Source: Candidatus Sericytochromatia bacterium
Lineage (GTDB): Bacteria > Cyanobacteriota > Sericytochromatia > UBA7694 > JACMQJ01
Direction of reading: 5' to 3'
DNA length: 64,000 nt
Assembly: GCA_046328075.1 (NCBI GenBank)
Contig: JAXLXG010000007.1
Location: forward strand, 26,968-90,967
Shown here one piece after another: positions 28,501 through 37,512 of the stretch. The first letter of the stretch is position 1. Every line of letters starts with the position of its first letter. The translations under genes were made by a program, and so were the position numbers. A model generated the notes under the pieces. It was not told where the DNA came from. It made no database searches and worked only from the letters and a program-made list of their open reading frames with translations.

Positions 28501-31067
28501 TTTCCTATTCCAGAATATTGATCTATTAAATCAAAATCACCAGAATTTATATCAGCTTTTGAATAATCATTTGAGAAAATACCTGTAAAAACTCCTGTGT
28601 TAGAGTCTTTTAATGTATTTGGTACTATACCAGCACTTTCTAATGCTTCCCAGCTTAGCTCTAATAATAATCTTTGTTGTGGATCTGTTCCTATTGCTTC
28701 TTTTTTTGACATAGAAAAGAACTCAGGTTCAAACATATCTATATCATTTAAAAATCCACCTTGTTTTACATAGGTTTTTCCAAGATTTACTAAATAGTCA
28801 TTATTCCATCTCTCTTTTGGAATATCTGTTATACAATCTATTTTTTTATCAAGTTTATCCCAAAATTCTTGTGGGCTATTTATATTATTAGGAAAACGAC
28901 AACTCATACCAATTATAGCAATATCATTTTCATTTATAATATTGTCATCTTCATTATCAAATTCTTTTTCAAGTGGAGTTATATTTTGAATATTTTCTTG
29001 ATTTTCATAACTATTTTTTAACTCTTTCAAACTTTTAATGATAATATATTCTGATAATGTTTTTATATCTTTATAATCCCAAAGTATTGTTTCATAAAGT
29101 TTAAAACCAAGATATTTCTCTAAATCAGTTATTAAACTGACTGCTAGTATTGAATCAAAGCCATAAAAGAAAAAATTTTTATTAATATCAATATCATTAA
29201 TACCTGTTTCTTTAGTAATCCAATCTTTTATCCAGTTTTGAATTTCTAGTAATTTTTTATTATCATTATTTATATTTTCTTTTTCTATTAAATTTTTATC
29301 TTCTTGTTTAACTAATTTTCTACTATTTAACTCAAATAATACTTTAAATGTTTTATCTGTGTAATTATTAATATAAGCTCTTTTACAAGCTTGACGCATT
29401 ATTTTCCCACTTGAAGTTTTAGCAATAGTTCCAGATTTTAGAAGAACTACATTCTCTACAGGTATTTCAAAATTTGTATTTACTAAGTCAACAATATCTC
29501 TACTTAATATATCAAAATTAGTTTCATTATCATCTATTTCTTGAAATATAACTACTTTATCTTGATTATCATTATTTATAGCAAAAACAGAATTACAACC
29601 TAATCTTATAGATTTATGTTTAACTCTAAGCTTTTCAATCTCTTTTTCTATATCTTGAGGATAAATATTTCTTCCATTAATTATAATTAAATCCTTTATT
29701 CTACCTGTTATATATAAGTTATCCTTATATAAAAAGCCTAAATCACCTGTTCTTAAAAATTTCCCTTCATCTTCTTTATTTTTAATATAGTTTTTAAAAG
29801 TTCTTTCTGTTTCTTCTTCTAAGTTCCAGTAACCTTGTGCAATATGCTGACCTGAAACCCATATTTCACCAATTTCATCATCTTTACATAATTCGTTTGT
29901 TTCAGGGTTTACTATATAAATTTTTTCATCAAGCCTACCTTTACCACAACTTACAAAAACTAAGGAATCTTTACTTTCTTCTACTATTGATATTTTATTT
30001 TTTTCTAAATCTTCTTTATTTAAATATAAATATATTGGTTCAACTTGATCTGATATTGAAACAAAAACTGTTGCTTCAGCTAAACCATACATTCCTCTAT
30101 GTGTATTGTGTTTAAATCCAGATTCTTTAAAATGTTCTGAAAAACGTTCTATTGTTTCTTTTCTTATAGGTTCTGCTGCATTTGAACAAATCTTGAAATT
30201 GCTTAAATCTAATGTTTTAACTTGTTCTTTTGTAATTCTTTTAACACATAAATCAAAAGCAAAGTTAGGAGCACCAGAAGAATAAACATTGTATTTAGAA
30301 ATAATTTCTAACCAACTATAAGGATTTTTTAAAAATGATATAGGTGACATTATTATAGTTTTAGAACCTATATATAAAGTTTGTAGAATATGACCTATTA
30401 ACCCCATATCATGATAAAAAGGCACCCAACAAGCCATAATATTTTTTCTTTCTTCATGACCTAAAGCTAGTTTTAGCATTTCTTCATTATGTAATAGATT
30501 TTTATGTGTAATAATTACTCCTTTAGGTGTTGAAGTAGAACCAGATGTATATTGTAAAAATGCTATAGTATTTTCATCAACTAATGGATTTTTCCAGCTT
30601 TCTGATAAATTATTATCTAGTTTATTTGACTGTACCCACAATAAATCTTTTAAATTTGTATTATCTAGTTTTTCAAGTATTTTTTCTGTTTGCTTATATA
30701 AAAAAGAAGTAGTCAAAATAACACTAGTATCAGAATCTTTTATTATACTTTCTATTCTTTTAAGAGTATGTTCTATTCTATTTATTTCTGGTGGATAAGC
30801 AGGAACAGCTATAACGCCAGAATATAAACAAGCTAAAAAAGAAATTATAAAATCTAAGCTTGGTGTATATAAAAGTAAAGCTCTTTTTCCATAAAAGTCG
30901 TTTTTTTGTAAATAAGAAGCAACAGCCTTAACTTTTATTGAAAGCTCTTGATAAGTTATAGATGTTTCGTTTATATAATCATCATGGATATATGTATAAG
31001 CAATATCATTTGGCTGTAATTTTGCTCTATACTCTAATAAATCGATATAAGTATTAAATTTATTCAT
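25548..31067 (-). CDS. Type I PKS: FAAL-ACP-KS-AT-KR structural subdomain
   Basis: FAAL: LQYTSGSTSTPKGV, YGLAEAT, RTGDLG; ACP: GFDSILAV; KS: TACSSSL, HGTGT, NIGHLE; AT: GHGSQW, GHSMG; ends with KR structural region. Confidence 0.93.
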   Translation of the reverse strand: MNKFNTYIDLLEYRAKLQPNDIAYTYIHDDYINETSITYQELSIKVKAVASYLQKNDFYGKRALLLYTPSLDFIISFLACLYSGVIAVPAYPPEINRIEHTLKRIESIIKDSDTSVILTTSFLYKQTEKILEKLDNTNLKDLLWVQSNKLDNNLSESWKNPLVDENTIAFLQYTSGSTSTPKGVIITHKNLLHNEEMLKLALGHEERKNIMACWVPFYHDMGLIGHILQTLYIGSKTIIMSPISFLKNPYSWLEIISKYNVYSSGAPNFAFDLCVKRITKEQVKTLDLSNFKICSNAAEPIRKETIERFSEHFKESGFKHNTHRGMYGLAEATVFVSISDQVEPIYLYLNKEDLEKNKISIVEESKDSLVFVSCGKGRLDEKIYIVNPETNELCKDDEIGEIWVSGQHIAQGYWNLEEETERTFKNYIKNKEDEGKFLRTGDLGFLYKDNLYITGRIKDLIIINGRNIYPQDIEKEIEKLRVKHKSIRLGCNSVFAINNDNQDKVVIFQEIDDNETNFDILSRDIVDLVNTNFEIPVENVVLLKSGTIAKTSSGKIMRQACKRAYINNYTDKTFKVLFELNSRKLVKQEDKNLIEKENINNDNKKLLEIQNWIKDWITKETGINDIDINKNFFFYGFDSILAVSLITDLEKYLGFKLYETILWDYKDIKTLSEYIIIKSLKELKNSYENQENIQNITPLEKEFDNEDDNIINENDIAIIGMSCRFPNNINSPQEFWDKLDKKIDCITDIPKERWNNDYLVNLGKTYVKQGGFLNDIDMFEPEFFSMSKKEAIGTDPQQRLLLELSWEALESAGIVPNTLKDSNTGVFTGIFSNDYSKADINSGDFDLIDQYSGIGNALSVASGRISYTYGLQGTNITVDTACSSSLVAIHLACQNLISGDSDLCLAGGVNLILSPDLNIYSCQISSLSPDSRCKTFDDSANGYVRSEGIGFVVLKKLSKAIEEKNNILAVIKSSTVNHDGASQGLTAPNGQSQIKLLKSALKKSKLNPKDISLIETHGTGTNLGDPIELRAIDEVFDSSKKIILGAVKSNIGHLESAAGIAGVIKTVLALNSKKIPANLHFNKLNTKSYINESKFIFPTETLDWNSDKKRRAFVNSFGISGTNSNIVLEEYIKDNNEISKIKEKEVNILTISAQTDESLIKNSEKYLDFILNTNESIYNILYTANNLRTHFEKRIACIFNNKSELINQLQSFINNQNYAGLIKNNLKESLIPKVCFVYSGHGSQWLDMAKKLIQEEKEFKYWIIEIDKISKKYINWSILEFLINNKEENNLDKIDIIQPCIFTIQVALSKLLISYGIKPQALIGHSMGEVSACFIAGILDLNSAIKIICERSCLMQENSNNGVMLFTEISYNQSLKLIENDLDKVSIAICNNDNSVVLSGNKNYLEELQKKFDKEKIFNSWVRFNGAAHSYQMDSLKEPLLKKLGEIKHNNSDLVFYSSVIGDKIDSNTLNSEYWINNLRNTVYFNKSFDNAIKDGFNTFIEISPHSVLSIVMKNTIKDKKINAFATSSLIKNKDDIFELNRLFSEIHTLGVNLDWRKIYPDGKLVNLPNYQWNRSSYWKNIPSNDFTNKEQGVGHFQEEFIVPELVKDWLYEIQYKNLNLDIINNNFSESFLVFADNIGVSDNFKILLDSNKQKNIFIYIGNEYKKLSDDKYYINPEKIDDYKKLFDEIDIDKFSKIVHFWSIEKNTNNTPDYNKFIDYTNRGVFSCINIIKSIENYDNHRIYAITTGNLYNTYDNSDKNINYNQSPILALSRVANYEIPEIRFSVIDISYDYIDIESSMIYDEIKSNSNETLIVIRDTERFIPRIEKYEGKFYYSRN

Positions 31068-31764
31068 TTGTTTTAACCTTAGATTCTAATATATTACAAA
31101 ATACATCTAAACTTTTATTTTTCAAAGAAAATTTCTTTAAATTCTTATATTTTCTAAATTCTTTAGATTTTTCAAAATAAGATTCAAAACTATTTAAATT
31201 ATTTATTATATTTAATTTTGATTTTGATAACTTAACTTTAAGTATTTCATCAAGATTTTTTTTAGGATCTATAATTAAACCTGTGTCTTTATTATCATTT
31301 GTATAAATACTTAAAATCCAAGCATCTGTTTCTTCAACGCATATTGCATAAATTAAATTATTAATATCTTCTGAAATCCATTCATCAATTTTTTTTGAAA
31401 TTCTATCTCTTAATTCAAAAACATAATTTTCTTTTTGCTCTTTAGTTGGTCTTTCAACATCATAATTTTTTAAGTCACATTCAGCAGAATCTATTTGTAT
31501 TATTATAATTTTTTTATCATCTATAGAATTATTTAAGAAGTCAAATATTTTTAATTTACTTTGACACTCATATTTTACTAATTCCCAATTACTAAAACTT
31601 TTTATATTCTTAAGATATTTTGGGGAGTTTAAATCTGTTTCATCTAAATAGTTTTCTGGTTGAATATATAAAATGTTACTTTTGTCTATATCTAATAACC
31701 CTTTTAGTATATTGGTTAAAACAGCTTGATCTGATTTTCCTTCTGATATAATTCCAAATCTCAT
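31060..31764 (-). CDS. TOPRIM-like / DUF4276-RloB-like protein partnered with ATPase
   Basis: N-terminal IISEGKSD (EGxxD), IQIDS (DxD-like), CVEETDAWIL; overlaps the ATPase stop. Confidence 0.6.
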   Translation of the reverse strand: MRFGIISEGKSDQAVLTNILKGLLDIDKSNILYIQPENYLDETDLNSPKYLKNIKSFSNWELVKYECQSKLKIFDFLNNSIDDKKIIIIQIDSAECDLKNYDVERPTKEQKENYVFELRDRISKKIDEWISEDINNLIYAICVEETDAWILSIYTNDNKDTGLIIDPKKNLDEILKVKLSKSKLNIINNLNSFESYFEKSKEFRKYKNLKKFSLKNKSLDVFCNILESKVKTNE

Positions 31765-32963
31765 TAGAAATTATTTGGTACTCCACCTAAATAGCCTCTC
31801 ATCCACATTTCAGATAATTTTAAATTATCTTTATTTTCAGGTTTTATCTTTATTCTTTCAACTTTTGTATATCCTTCATCTGTTCTTGAAACTATAAATA
31901 ATCTTTGCTCATCATCATACAAGTTTAAGCCATCAAGAATTGCAGGGTTATGAGTTGTTATTAAAGCTTGTTTATTATTTTGTTTTGAAATAGAAACTAA
32001 TTCTTTTATTAAAGTTCTGCAAAGTTTAGGGTTGAGAGATTTTTCTATATTATCTATAGCAAAAAATTTAGGTGTTCTCTTGCTAATAAATAAAGCTAGA
32101 TAAAATAAAATATGTAAAACTCCTTCATTAGCATTTTCAGCAGAGAAAATATTATTTCTTTTATTCATAAACTTATCTCTAAAATAAATTAAAGATGTAC
32201 TTTTACCTAACTTGTGACCATCAAACTTTAATATATCTTTTTCATCTATCACAAAATTTTCTAACCAAGAAATAAAGTAAGAATATTTTAAAAGCTTTTG
32301 TATTTCTTCTTTATCAAAAGTTGAAATTAGTATGTCTAAGCCTTCTCCATTTATCCCTAATGGTTGTTTATTACTTTCTTTAAGGATACCTCTTAGGATT
32401 TTTGTTTCAAGGTTATATATAATGAAGTCTTTTAAATCTTCAAAATTCATTACTTGAGGAAAATTTTCAAATTGCAATTTATCAGATAAATTTTTTAAAA
32501 AAGAGTCTATTTCATTATATTTAACTCTTTCTTTTATATTATTTAATATAATATCAGCTTTATATTTATTATTAACAGTGAGATCATAAATTTCTTGTTT
32601 ATAAAAATTGTTAAAATCATCAATCCAATAAGAATATATGTTATCTGGGTTATTATTAATAATTCTAGAAGAAATTAATAAATTATCTTCTTTTGTAACA
32701 AAATCTATTAATATTTTATTATCTTGTTTTTTACCTTTAAAAGAGCTAAATGTTAACTTTGGATTTGCAACTCTTACACCTTTATTATAAAGATCTTCTG
32801 TTGTAATCTCATTATTAAACTTTGCAACACTAAGCATTGCTATAGCTTCCAAGATATTACTTTTACCAGAACCATTTTCACCAATAAATACATTAAATTG
32901 TCCTAAATCTATAGAACATTCATTTATTGACTTATAGTTTTTTATTTGAATCTTACTAAGCAT
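31764..32963 (-). CDS. ABC-type ATPase (AAA_15/AAA_21-like)
   Basis: IQIKNYKSI, Walker A GENGSGKSN, ANEG signature, Walker B AIDNIE, H-loop ITTHNP. Confidence 0.88.
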   Translation of the reverse strand: MLSKIQIKNYKSINECSIDLGQFNVFIGENGSGKSNILEAIAMLSVAKFNNEITTEDLYNKGVRVANPKLTFSSFKGKKQDNKILIDFVTKEDNLLISSRIINNNPDNIYSYWIDDFNNFYKQEIYDLTVNNKYKADIILNNIKERVKYNEIDSFLKNLSDKLQFENFPQVMNFEDLKDFIIYNLETKILRGILKESNKQPLGINGEGLDILISTFDKEEIQKLLKYSYFISWLENFVIDEKDILKFDGHKLGKSTSLIYFRDKFMNKRNNIFSAENANEGVLHILFYLALFISKRTPKFFAIDNIEKSLNPKLCRTLIKELVSISKQNNKQALITTHNPAILDGLNLYDDEQRLFIVSRTDEGYTKVERIKIKPENKDNLKLSEMWMRGYLGGVPNNF

Positions 32964-33024
32964 AGGTTTTATTATATCATTACAATAATTTATTGACTTA
33001 AGTTTTATTTTAATATATTATTTT

Positions 33025-33045
33025 TGTATACACATTGTTATTACA
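33025..33045. promoter_or_regulatory. Probable TA autoregulatory operator
   Basis: Imperfect palindrome TGTATACACATTGTTATTACA directly before RBS TAAGGA and ATG 33056. Confidence 0.5.
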
Positions 33046-33055
33046 TAAGGATAAT

Positions 33056-33301
33056 ATGTTAACTAAATTAATAAAAGTTGGAAATTCTAAAGGTATTAGA
33101 ATACCTTCTAGTATTTTAAAAGAATGTCAAATAACTGACCAACTTGAAATGGAAGTTAAAAATAATACTATTATTATTAAACCACTAAATAAAGCTAGAC
33201 AGGGTTGGGAAGAAGCCTTTAGATTAATGAGTGAGAGAAAAGAAGATAAACTATTAATTGACAATATAGATGAAGAAATGGATAACTGGGAATGGATATA
33301 A
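33056..33301 (+). CDS. mazE: AbrB/MazE-family antitoxin
   Basis: LIKVGNSKGIRIPSSIL motif; start at ATG 33056 after RBS (ORF track starts at 33035). Confidence 0.88.
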   Translation: MLTKLIKVGNSKGIRIPSSILKECQITDQLEMEVKNNTIIIKPLNKARQGWEEAFRLMSERKEDKLLIDNIDEEMDNWEWI

Positions 33302-33615
33302 ATCAATATGAGGTTTATCTTATAAACTTAGATCCAACTATTGGTCATGAAATAAAAAAATCTAGACCTTGTACTGTAATTTCACCAAATGAAATGAATA
33401 AAAATATTCAAACAGTTATTATTGCTCCAATGACTACTAAATCACATAATTACCCAACTCGTATAAAATGTGAGCTTGATAAAAAACAAGGATGGATAGT
33501 GCTTGACCAAATAAGAACAGTAGATAAAATACGTATAATAAAATTGTTAGGAAAACTTGATAAAACAACAATAAGTAATATAAAAAATACAATAAAAGAA
33601 ATGCTTGTTGATTAA
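33292..33615 (+). CDS. mazF: PemK/MazF-family endoribonuclease toxin
   Basis: LDPTIGHEIKKSRPCTVIS, DQIRTVDK; overlaps the antitoxin. Confidence 0.92.
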   Translation: MDINQYEVYLINLDPTIGHEIKKSRPCTVISPNEMNKNIQTVIIAPMTTKSHNYPTRIKCELDKKQGWIVLDQIRTVDKIRIIKLLGKLDKTTISNIKNTIKEMLVD

Positions 33616-33619
33616 ATAA

Positions 33620-34240
33620 TCAAATTTCTACAACAATAGGCTCATTTTTAGGCTTATATTGTTCATCTAAACTACAAGCATTTATATATGTAATACCATC
33701 TTTTTTTATCATTCCATAACTTTGATGTATATGTCCAAAAATACAAATCTTTGGTTTTATTTCTTTTATTTTTTTAGCTAAATCAATACAACCAACATAT
33801 TCTCCAGAATAAGTCATATCAAGAATATCATAAGGAGGGCTATGTGTAATAAGTATATCTGTATTTTTTGGAATTAAATTCCAATGTTTTTTTATAGATT
33901 CTCCCCTATCTCTATTAAAAGCCCAGTCATGAAACCTTGGAGAAACAGGAGTACCCCAAATATTTAATCCTTCAATTTTTATTCCTGAATCTTCAAGATA
34001 AATCGCATTTGTTATAATACTTTTAGCTAAATTTGGGCTTTCCTCGAATAAAAGATCATGATTACCAGCTATTATAACCTTATACTTATGTGGTAATTTA
34101 CCAAGCCAATTGTTAAATGAAGCAATCTCATTAAATCTTCCTAAACTTGTAAAATCTCCTGCATGAATTAATAAATCACCTTCAGGAATATTAATTCCAT
34201 TATGTTGATTATGAGTATCTGAAATACAAATGATTTTCAT
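33620..34240 (-). CDS. Calcineurin-like metallophosphoesterase
   Basis: SDTH, HAGD, AGNHD, THSPP, FGHIH. Confidence 0.92.
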   Translation of the reverse strand: MKIICISDTHNQHNGINIPEGDLLIHAGDFTSLGRFNEIASFNNWLGKLPHKYKVIIAGNHDLLFEESPNLAKSIITNAIYLEDSGIKIEGLNIWGTPVSPRFHDWAFNRDRGESIKKHWNLIPKNTDILITHSPPYDILDMTYSGEYVGCIDLAKKIKEIKPKICIFGHIHQSYGMIKKDGITYINACSLDEQYKPKNEPIVVEI

Positions 34241-34247
34241 ATAGATT

Positions 34248-35510
34248 CTACTTAAAACTATTAATCATTATTTCCATAGAATCTAAACCTGTTTTTAACT
34301 TATTTAATTCTGGTCCAAAACTGATACGACAATAATTTTGATAATGTGCATTAATTCCACCACGCCTTTTTCCAGGGTTTACATCAAAAAATATTCCAGG
34401 AACAGTTATAAACTTATACTTTAATCCTTCTTGGAAAAAACTCATTCCATTATTTAAAGGTTCAGGCAATTTTGATAAATTTGCCCAAAAGTAGAATGTA
34501 CCTTCAGGAACAGCTTCTATTACTATTCCCATTTTTGTTAATCTTTCAAGCATATAATCTCTTTTCATCTTAAAATGCTTTTGAATTGCAATTGTTTCTT
34601 GTATTGCAAATTCAGGTTCTAATAATGAAATTGCTTGTTTTTGAAATGGATTATTAGCTCCACCATCTAAAAAAGAACCTGCACTTGAAACAGCATCAAT
34701 TATTGTTTTTGGACCTAAAATCCAACTAATTCTCCAACCTGGATAACGCCAATTTTTTGTAAGCCCATCAACTATTATCACAGGATCAATATTTACATCA
34801 TCTACAAACTCAGAAGCTGAAACCATTTTAAATTTTTCATTCTCAGGTCTATTATAAATATAATGAGAATAGAATTCATCAAAAATTAGTGTACATGAGT
34901 ATTTATTAGAAGTATTTACCCATTCTTTTAAATTTTCACCTCTAATAACCTGACCTGTTGGATTACAAGGATTACTAATTAGAACAGCACTTAAACCAAG
35001 ACCAGCAATTTGATTTTTTAAATCTTCAGGACTTAATTGATATTTTTTTTGTGAGTTTAAAAGGATTGGTATTGTATTAAAACCCTTGAAAACCGATAAG
35101 AGTTCTTCATAAGCTGTATAATCTGGTATAAAATGACCAACATTTATATCATCAAGAGCGGATGCGATCCTTGTTAAAGCTTGTCTACCACCACCAGCTA
35201 TACAAACATTTTGATAGGTATATTTTGAAGATTTATCTTTTCTATATATTTTATTATAAAACTCTGCAACCTTTTCTCTTAATTCTTTCATACCAGCAAC
35301 AGGTGAATATTCCTGATGATTTGCATCAATGCTTAAGTTATATATTCTATCTGGAGCTAAATTAATTTCTGAAGTTTCTGGTGAACCTTGCCCTAAATTA
35401 GACCATTCATTGTTATCATAAGTGAATCCTAGTTCACTTGCCTTTTGCATAACATAAATAACACCTGTTTTTGGAACTTCTCTAAACCCTGGAATATCTT
35501 TATTTATCAT
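34248..35510 (-). CDS. PLP-dependent aminotransferase class I/II
   Basis: NLGQGSPE, NPCNPTG, FDEFY, GLTKNWRYPGWRISW (PLP Lys). Confidence 0.9.
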   Translation of the reverse strand: MINKDIPGFREVPKTGVIYVMQKASELGFTYDNNEWSNLGQGSPETSEINLAPDRIYNLSIDANHQEYSPVAGMKELREKVAEFYNKIYRKDKSSKYTYQNVCIAGGGRQALTRIASALDDINVGHFIPDYTAYEELLSVFKGFNTIPILLNSQKKYQLSPEDLKNQIAGLGLSAVLISNPCNPTGQVIRGENLKEWVNTSNKYSCTLIFDEFYSHYIYNRPENEKFKMVSASEFVDDVNIDPVIIVDGLTKNWRYPGWRISWILGPKTIIDAVSSAGSFLDGGANNPFQKQAISLLEPEFAIQETIAIQKHFKMKRDYMLERLTKMGIVIEAVPEGTFYFWANLSKLPEPLNNGMSFFQEGLKYKFITVPGIFFDVNPGKRRGGINAHYQNYCRISFGPELNKLKTGLDSMEIMINSFK

Positions 35511-35625
35511 ACTTACAACCTTTTAGATAACCTTATTTTTACCAATATTTAAATTTTTCATTAACATATACAGTCTTAATATTAGCAAGTTTATTAAATA
35601 TTTAGGGATAAATATAATACAAGTT

Positions 35626-37350
35626 ATGATTAAATTAACAAATGATTTAAAATTGGAGCAAAAAACAATGAGTGGTGATGTAAGAGTTTCAAACCCTAGC
35701 GGAACATCAATTTATGATATGTTAGCTATCAAAACAGAAAAACCTGTTCAACAAGAGAAGCCTGTTAAGGAAAATACAAATATTTCACCAGAAGATACAA
35801 ATATATTTGAAGAGTTAATGGGTAATACAGAAGCTCCAAATGTTAGTTTAGTCGATAATGAAAAAACACAAAGTAGTAAATTAAATAAGTTACCATTAAC
35901 AAATGCAGATACTGGTGAAGTTCTTAAATTTAAAGTTGATAAAAATGGCTTACCAATAATTAAAAATGGTGAACCAATAGAAGATCCAAATGGTAAACCT
36001 GTTTTTGTAAAAGTTGATTCAGAAGGTTCTCCAGTTCTTAATGAAAATAATCAATTGATTTTTGTTCCATCTACAGGAAAAATACCAGCTTCAAATGTTA
36101 GTTTAACTGATAATGAACCGAAAAAAGAGGAAACACAGTCCACAGAAGAAACAGGAAATGAAGAAGTTCCAGATCAAGAAGATTCTGGAAAAATAGCTCC
36201 TTTTGTTGATAAAGAAACAGGAGAACCTTTAAAACTTAAAGTTGATGAAAAAGGTGTTCCAATTCTTGATGCAAATGGTCAATTGCAAAGAGACCCAAAT
36301 GGTAAACATGTTTATTTTAAAGTAGACAAAACAGGTAATCCACTTATAAAAGATGGAGATCTAGTTTACGTTACACGTGATGGAAATTCTATGCCTCCTC
36401 TTCCACCTCAAGTTCAAAAAGCAATGGAAACAGCAGGTACAGTTATGAATACACATTCTGCCAAAAGAATTGTTTCATATAGACCTTTAGCAAAATTAGC
36501 TACAGGAAGTGTTTCTAAATTTTCAGGACTTTTAGTAAAAGGCGTAGCATATAATATACCGTTCACAAGTAAAGTGGTAGGATTTGGCGTTAAATATGGA
36601 GTTGCAAAAGCTGTAGCAAATGCAGGTACAAAACTTACAACTGAAGTTGTTTCAAAAGGGGCAGTAACAACCTTTGGAACAGCATTAAAAACATTAGCTC
36701 CTGAGGCTACTAAATTAACAGTAAAAGGTTTAAAAGCTACAGGTGCTTTAGGAAAAGGGATGTATATTGGAACAAAATCAATGCCTACTTTAACAAAAGC
36801 AATTACAAGTCCTGTCGTAACTACACAACTTTTAACTAAGAGTGCAAAATCAGTAGCCACAGTTATTGAAAGAGAAGGAGTTAAGCAGGTTGCTAAAAAG
36901 GTTATTATAGGTGGTGGTGAAAAAGTTCTAAGAAAAGGTGTAACAGAAGGTATTGAAGAAGGTGTTAAAGTTGGTTTAAAATCTCTTGGGAAAGCTGGAG
37001 CTGAAAAAGTTATCACAGAAGGTGGAAAACAAGTTTTAACAAAAGAAGTAGTAACAGTAGCTACTAAAGCGGGTTCATCTGCTGGTAAGAAAGTTGCTTC
37101 AGCAATTCCAATAATAGGTGCTGTTGCTGGGGCTGCACTTGTAGCTTTAGATGTTAAAGATGCTATAGAAAAAACAAAAGATAAAAAAGCAACAACAACA
37201 AGTAAAGTTCTTGCTTGGACAACAGTAGCTTTAGGAACTATTTCTACAGTATGTACAGCAACAGGCGTTGGAGCTCCAATTGGTTGGATTGCAACAGGAT
37301 TAAGTATAGGTACAAGTATTGCTTCTGATTACTTTAGGTATAAGAAATAA
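35626..37350 (+). CDS. Hypothetical protein with internal KVDxxGxP repeats and hydrophobic Gly/Ala-rich C-terminus
   Basis: Two ~59-aa repeats (35890-36066, 36196-36372); C-terminal TM-like segments; followed by a terminator; true start may be the second Met. Confidence 0.8.
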   Translation: MIKLTNDLKLEQKTMSGDVRVSNPSGTSIYDMLAIKTEKPVQQEKPVKENTNISPEDTNIFEELMGNTEAPNVSLVDNEKTQSSKLNKLPLTNADTGEVLKFKVDKNGLPIIKNGEPIEDPNGKPVFVKVDSEGSPVLNENNQLIFVPSTGKIPASNVSLTDNEPKKEETQSTEETGNEEVPDQEDSGKIAPFVDKETGEPLKLKVDEKGVPILDANGQLQRDPNGKHVYFKVDKTGNPLIKDGDLVYVTRDGNSMPPLPPQVQKAMETAGTVMNTHSAKRIVSYRPLAKLATGSVSKFSGLLVKGVAYNIPFTSKVVGFGVKYGVAKAVANAGTKLTTEVVSKGAVTTFGTALKTLAPEATKLTVKGLKATGALGKGMYIGTKSMPTLTKAITSPVVTTQLLTKSAKSVATVIEREGVKQVAKKVIIGGGEKVLRKGVTEGIEEGVKVGLKSLGKAGAEKVITEGGKQVLTKEVVTVATKAGSSAGKKVASAIPIIGAVAGAALVALDVKDAIEKTKDKKATTTSKVLAWTTVALGTISTVCTATGVGAPIGWIATGLSIGTSIASDYFRYKK

Positions 37351-37361
37351 GATATAGGTAG

Positions 37362-37393
37362 AAAAAGAGGGTTTGTTATCAAACCCTCTTTTT
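37362..37393 (+). terminator. Rho-independent terminator
   Basis: AAAAAGAGGGTTTG-TTAT-CAAACCCTCTTTTT just after the 37350 stop. Confidence 0.85.
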
Positions 37394-37512
37394 ATCATTT
37401 CAAAACCTAAAAATCAAGATTTAAGCTCTCAATTATTAAAGTTAGATAATATAGAAATAATATTTTCTGTCTGATATAATAGTTTTAAATATTACAATTT
37501 GATTTTTATAAT

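Noticed and set aside
36414-37016. 200-aa antisense ORF
   Set aside because: Shadow of the Gly/Ala/Val-rich part of 35626..37350
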